Assembly (NCBI GenBank): GCA_051530055.1
Contig: CM121341.1
Span: 13,494,784-13,558,783 of the forward strand
Source: Neoechinorhynchus agilis
Taxonomy: Eukaryota > Animalia > Acanthocephala
Reading direction: 5' to 3'
Length of the DNA: 64,000 nt
A program made the position numbers and the translations under genes. Position 1 is the first letter of the stretch; the number at the start of each line of letters is the position of its first letter. Below, in pieces: positions 60,926-64,000 of the stretch. The notes beneath the pieces are model-generated. The model saw nothing but the letters and a program-made list of their open reading frames with translations. It was not told the DNA's origin and searched no databases.

Positions 60926-61113
60926 CGTGTCCACGCAGCCCCTTTCTGGCAGAGAACAATTAGTTTTATTAGTCTTTTCATCAACATTTCGTCTTCCATT
61001 TCTCTGACGTGTAGACCGTTTAAACTTTAGATCGAAAGCTAGAATTGCAGTAAAACAAGCTCTAATAATTTTCGTTTTTTTTTCAGATAAAATCTTGGTT
61101 AATACTTTTTGCG

Positions 61114-63075
61114 ATGGATTCGTCAGATTCTAGCGAGCCGAGTGTTTATTCGCCTACTTCACAAGAAACGTCTCAAGGTAGAGGTAGATCGCCAAAGAAT
61201 GGTACATCAAAGACCAAATCAATCACGAATTGGACCTGTACCAAATGTACGTATTTAAACACACAAAAGAGTTTCAATTGTGCAATGTGTAACAGTGTTC
61301 GCATGAGTTCTAGAAGGTCGAAATCTGTTGAAAATCTTTATTCTGATTCTACAAATCGTAAAAATTCTGAAGAAAGTGAAAATAGTTCCAGCCAATGTAA
61401 GGCCGATGTACCATTGAAGCGTGGACGAGGGAGACCGCCAAAAAAAGTGGTGGCACGTGGACGAGGGAGACCGCAAACGAAAGTGGTGGCACGTGGACCC
61501 TCTAGAAGGTCGAAATCTGTTGAAAATCTATATTCTGATTCTACAAATCGTCAAAATTCTGAAGAAAGTGAAAATAGTTCTAGCCAATGTAAGGCCGATG
61601 TACCATTGAAGCGTGGACGAGGGAGACCGCCAAAAAAAGTGGTGGCACGTGGACGAGGGAGACCGCCAACGAAAGTGGTGGCACGTGGACCCGCTAGAAG
61701 GTCGAAATCTGTTGAAAATCTTTATTCGGATTCTACAAATCGTCAAAATTCTGAAGGACGTGAAAATAGTTCTAGCCAATGTAAGGCCGATGTACCATTG
61801 AAGCGTGGACGAGGGAGACCGCCAAAAAAAGTGGTGGCACGTGGACGAGGGAGACCGCCAACGAAAGTGGTTGCACGTGGACCCGCTAGAAGGTCGAAAT
61901 CTGTTGAAAATCTTTATTCGGATTCTACAAATCGTCAAAATTCTGAAGGACGTGAAAATAGTTCTAGCCAATGTAAGGCCGATGTACCATTGAAGCGTGG
62001 ACGAGGGAGACCACCAAAAAAAGTGGTGGCACGTGGACCTGCTAGTGGAGAAGTGGGCGACAAACTTTTGGGTACATTGGAGGCTGAAGAACATCAATTG
62101 GACGATGACGTTAATCAGCATACAGTTATCAAAAAAAGGCGAGGAAGGCCACCTAAAAATTGTGGTGAACTGATATCGGAAAGAGATACCCGGAAATTGA
62201 ATGCGAATATTGGTAACGATTTGGGAGGAGCCATGATCAAATTAGATAAGCTCAAACGAGGGCGACCGCCTAAGAGGTATCTAGAGCCGAATAACGAATC
62301 AAATCCTTTGGAGAATAATGATGTGAGCATTTCCTTAAAGAGAGGACGTGGACGGCCTCCTAAGAAAACAACTGCGCCTGTGGTTGGTTCTGATTTGTCT
62401 TCTACGCAGAAGAGCGACCTAGTGGACAATGAATTAAAAGTTGAGATGACTGAACAGCACATCGATTCTGATGCTGTTAAAAATGCTTTAACGAAAAGGA
62501 AGCGTGGGCGTCCTCCGAAAAGGAGCATATCCGCAAGTGCTCAAGTCCAACTTGGAGATGATGCCAAGGAAAAGCAAGGCTTAGAACTCAATGCTCCCTT
62601 AAAGATTACACCCGGTCTATCACTTAAAAAGGAATTAATGGAGGAGACTGTAGCTAATGAATTGGCTGTCGATATGAGTGCTCCTGATGTTTATCCTGAA
62701 GATTTTAAAAAGGGAGCTAGTGACGATTTGTGTATAAGATCCGATGTTTCAATAAAGAAGAGACGCGGTCAACCTCCAAAGAACGTACAAAACTCGAATG
62801 ACGACGAAGTATCTTCGGTGCCGGAGCTGAGTGATAAGCACGCTTTAAATCAGGATGCTGACAAAAATGATCGAAATATTATTGAAGTCGAGCATTCGAT
62901 CAGATCGTTGGCGACAGGAATAACACTTGATGCTTCACCTCAAAATGTTTGCGGAAATCAAGATATCGCAAACAGTCCGGTGCATCAAATGGGAAATGAG
63001 CAAGAATGCGTGATTTTAAGACCTAAGTTAATGATGAAGAAAGGAGCTGAGATGAGCAACAGTGGTCGTCACTAA
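61114..63075 (+). CDS. RanBP2-type zinc finger plus multi-AT-hook protein with 192-bp tandem repeats
   Basis: WTCTKCTYLNTQKSFNCAMC; 11 RGRP motifs plus one RGQP; repeat units start at 61309, 61501, 61693 and 61885. Confidence 0.85.
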   Translation: MDSSDSSEPSVYSPTSQETSQGRGRSPKNGTSKTKSITNWTCTKCTYLNTQKSFNCAMCNSVRMSSRRSKSVENLYSDSTNRKNSEESENSSSQCKADVPLKRGRGRPPKKVVARGRGRPQTKVVARGPSRRSKSVENLYSDSTNRQNSEESENSSSQCKADVPLKRGRGRPPKKVVARGRGRPPTKVVARGPARRSKSVENLYSDSTNRQNSEGRENSSSQCKADVPLKRGRGRPPKKVVARGRGRPPTKVVARGPARRSKSVENLYSDSTNRQNSEGRENSSSQCKADVPLKRGRGRPPKKVVARGPASGEVGDKLLGTLEAEEHQLDDDVNQHTVIKKRRGRPPKNCGELISERDTRKLNANIGNDLGGAMIKLDKLKRGRPPKRYLEPNNESNPLENNDVSISLKRGRGRPPKKTTAPVVGSDLSSTQKSDLVDNELKVEMTEQHIDSDAVKNALTKRKRGRPPKRSISASAQVQLGDDAKEKQGLELNAPLKITPGLSLKKELMEETVANELAVDMSAPDVYPEDFKKGASDDLCIRSDVSIKKRRGQPPKNVQNSNDDEVSSVPELSDKHALNQDADKNDRNIIEVEHSIRSLATGITLDASPQNVCGNQDIANSPVHQMGNEQECVILRPKLMMKKGAEMSNSGRH

Positions 63076-63617
63076 TCAATAATTAATATCGATTTGCATC
63101 AGTATTTTTGGAGTTGAGCCTTTTATTAGGCTCTGATGTTTCTTTGGTATTAATAAAATACTATTTTGCATAGGTGCGCAACGGTCCATTTGTCCAAAGA
63201 GCGAAGTCTCCTTACGCATTCTGTTCATATTTATTTCCTAAGATCCCTGAGATATTTAAACAAATGTAAAATATAAAGACCCAAGATTAAAAAATCCTGA
63301 TAAATTTATACACGGATATCTTTTATGCCTGAATCAGTTCCAGGCAAGCCAAGTAGAATGTTATTGGCACTTTGCATTATATTCTTGTTCTTAATTTTTT
63401 GGGTTTAATGGTAAATGCGATAATAAGTAGATTTTTTCTAAGGTTAAAGTAGAAATTTTCGTACAAAATTCAAATCTTAAAGTAAAAAATAGTTTTCAGG
63501 CGCTAATTTCGCCATTCTTAGTCTACACAAAATAATTCCTATAAAAAATTTAAGGATGCGAATCATTACAGAGGAGTTATTTCTCTTCCATCTTTATATC
63601 ATATTTTCGACAGACTT

Positions 63618-64000
63618 TTAACGTCCATCGTATCTTCGTTTTGGCCACCTCCCTTCATCCATATTAATGGCATCCGTGGATTCATCTGGCAGCGCTGGAG
63701 TGCACCCATTCGATGTTGGTATTATTGGAATAGTGTCAACTTGCCCTTGATAATCGATCGATTGGACAAATGAATCTACAGGAACTGAATTCGTAATCGG
63801 TGAAGAGTAGTAGCAAATCTGCTCCGGTTGTGTACTCCAATCGATAAATTGCCGTTCTGAAATTTGACTGTCGTCGTACCATTCACTGGATTGCATAAAT
63901 GCAGCGCTGGACGCAATGGGATATTGTTGGCATCGTGCTATTTGATAGCCAGGCCAAAAGTAATCATCTATGAATTGTTCCTGTGGATACTGTGAACCTT
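63618..64000 (-). CDS. 3' end of an unidentified gene running off the window
   Basis: Frame of ORF 63618-63896 stays open to the window edge; low-complexity Q/S/P/Y-rich sequence. Confidence 0.45.
   Translation of the reverse strand, partial: GSQYPQEQFIDDYFWPGYQIARCQQYPIASSAAFMQSSEWYDDSQISERQFIDWSTQPEQICYYSSPITNSVPVDSFVQSIDYQGQVDTIPIIPTSNGCTPALPDESTDAINMDEGRWPKRRYDGR

Overview
AT-rich, gene-dense eukaryotic nuclear DNA. The gene content looks animal-like and fast-evolving, but I cannot assign the species from sequence alone. Recognisable genes: RPL10A, tRNA-Gln(CTG), XRCC3-like RAD51 paralogue, cornichon (CNIH4-like), HAX1-like, symplekin, GNA1/GNPNAT1, a double-Tudor protein, ACOT9, WDR75, a RanBP2-zinc-finger/multi-AT-hook protein, a thioredoxin, a WD40 protein and three LisH/CTLH (GID8-like) copies. 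Interspersed with these are decayed CRE-like (RLE) and L2/CR1-like (APE) LINEs, Penelope-like fragments carrying hammerhead motifs, several palindromic MITE-like families, a ~101-bp satellite with higher-order structure and a 3-kb segmental duplication. Most introns are short, canonical GT-AG (for example 8/8 in ACOT9). The main unexplained signal is that otherwise intact XRCC3 and GNA1 reading frames are broken by 44-53 nt segments that fold into terminal stem-loops and cannot be removed in frame at GT-AG without losing conserved residues. This suggests a class of structure-defined non-canonical introns. All gene identities come from recalled family motifs, not database searches, and all intron calls are unverified predictions.
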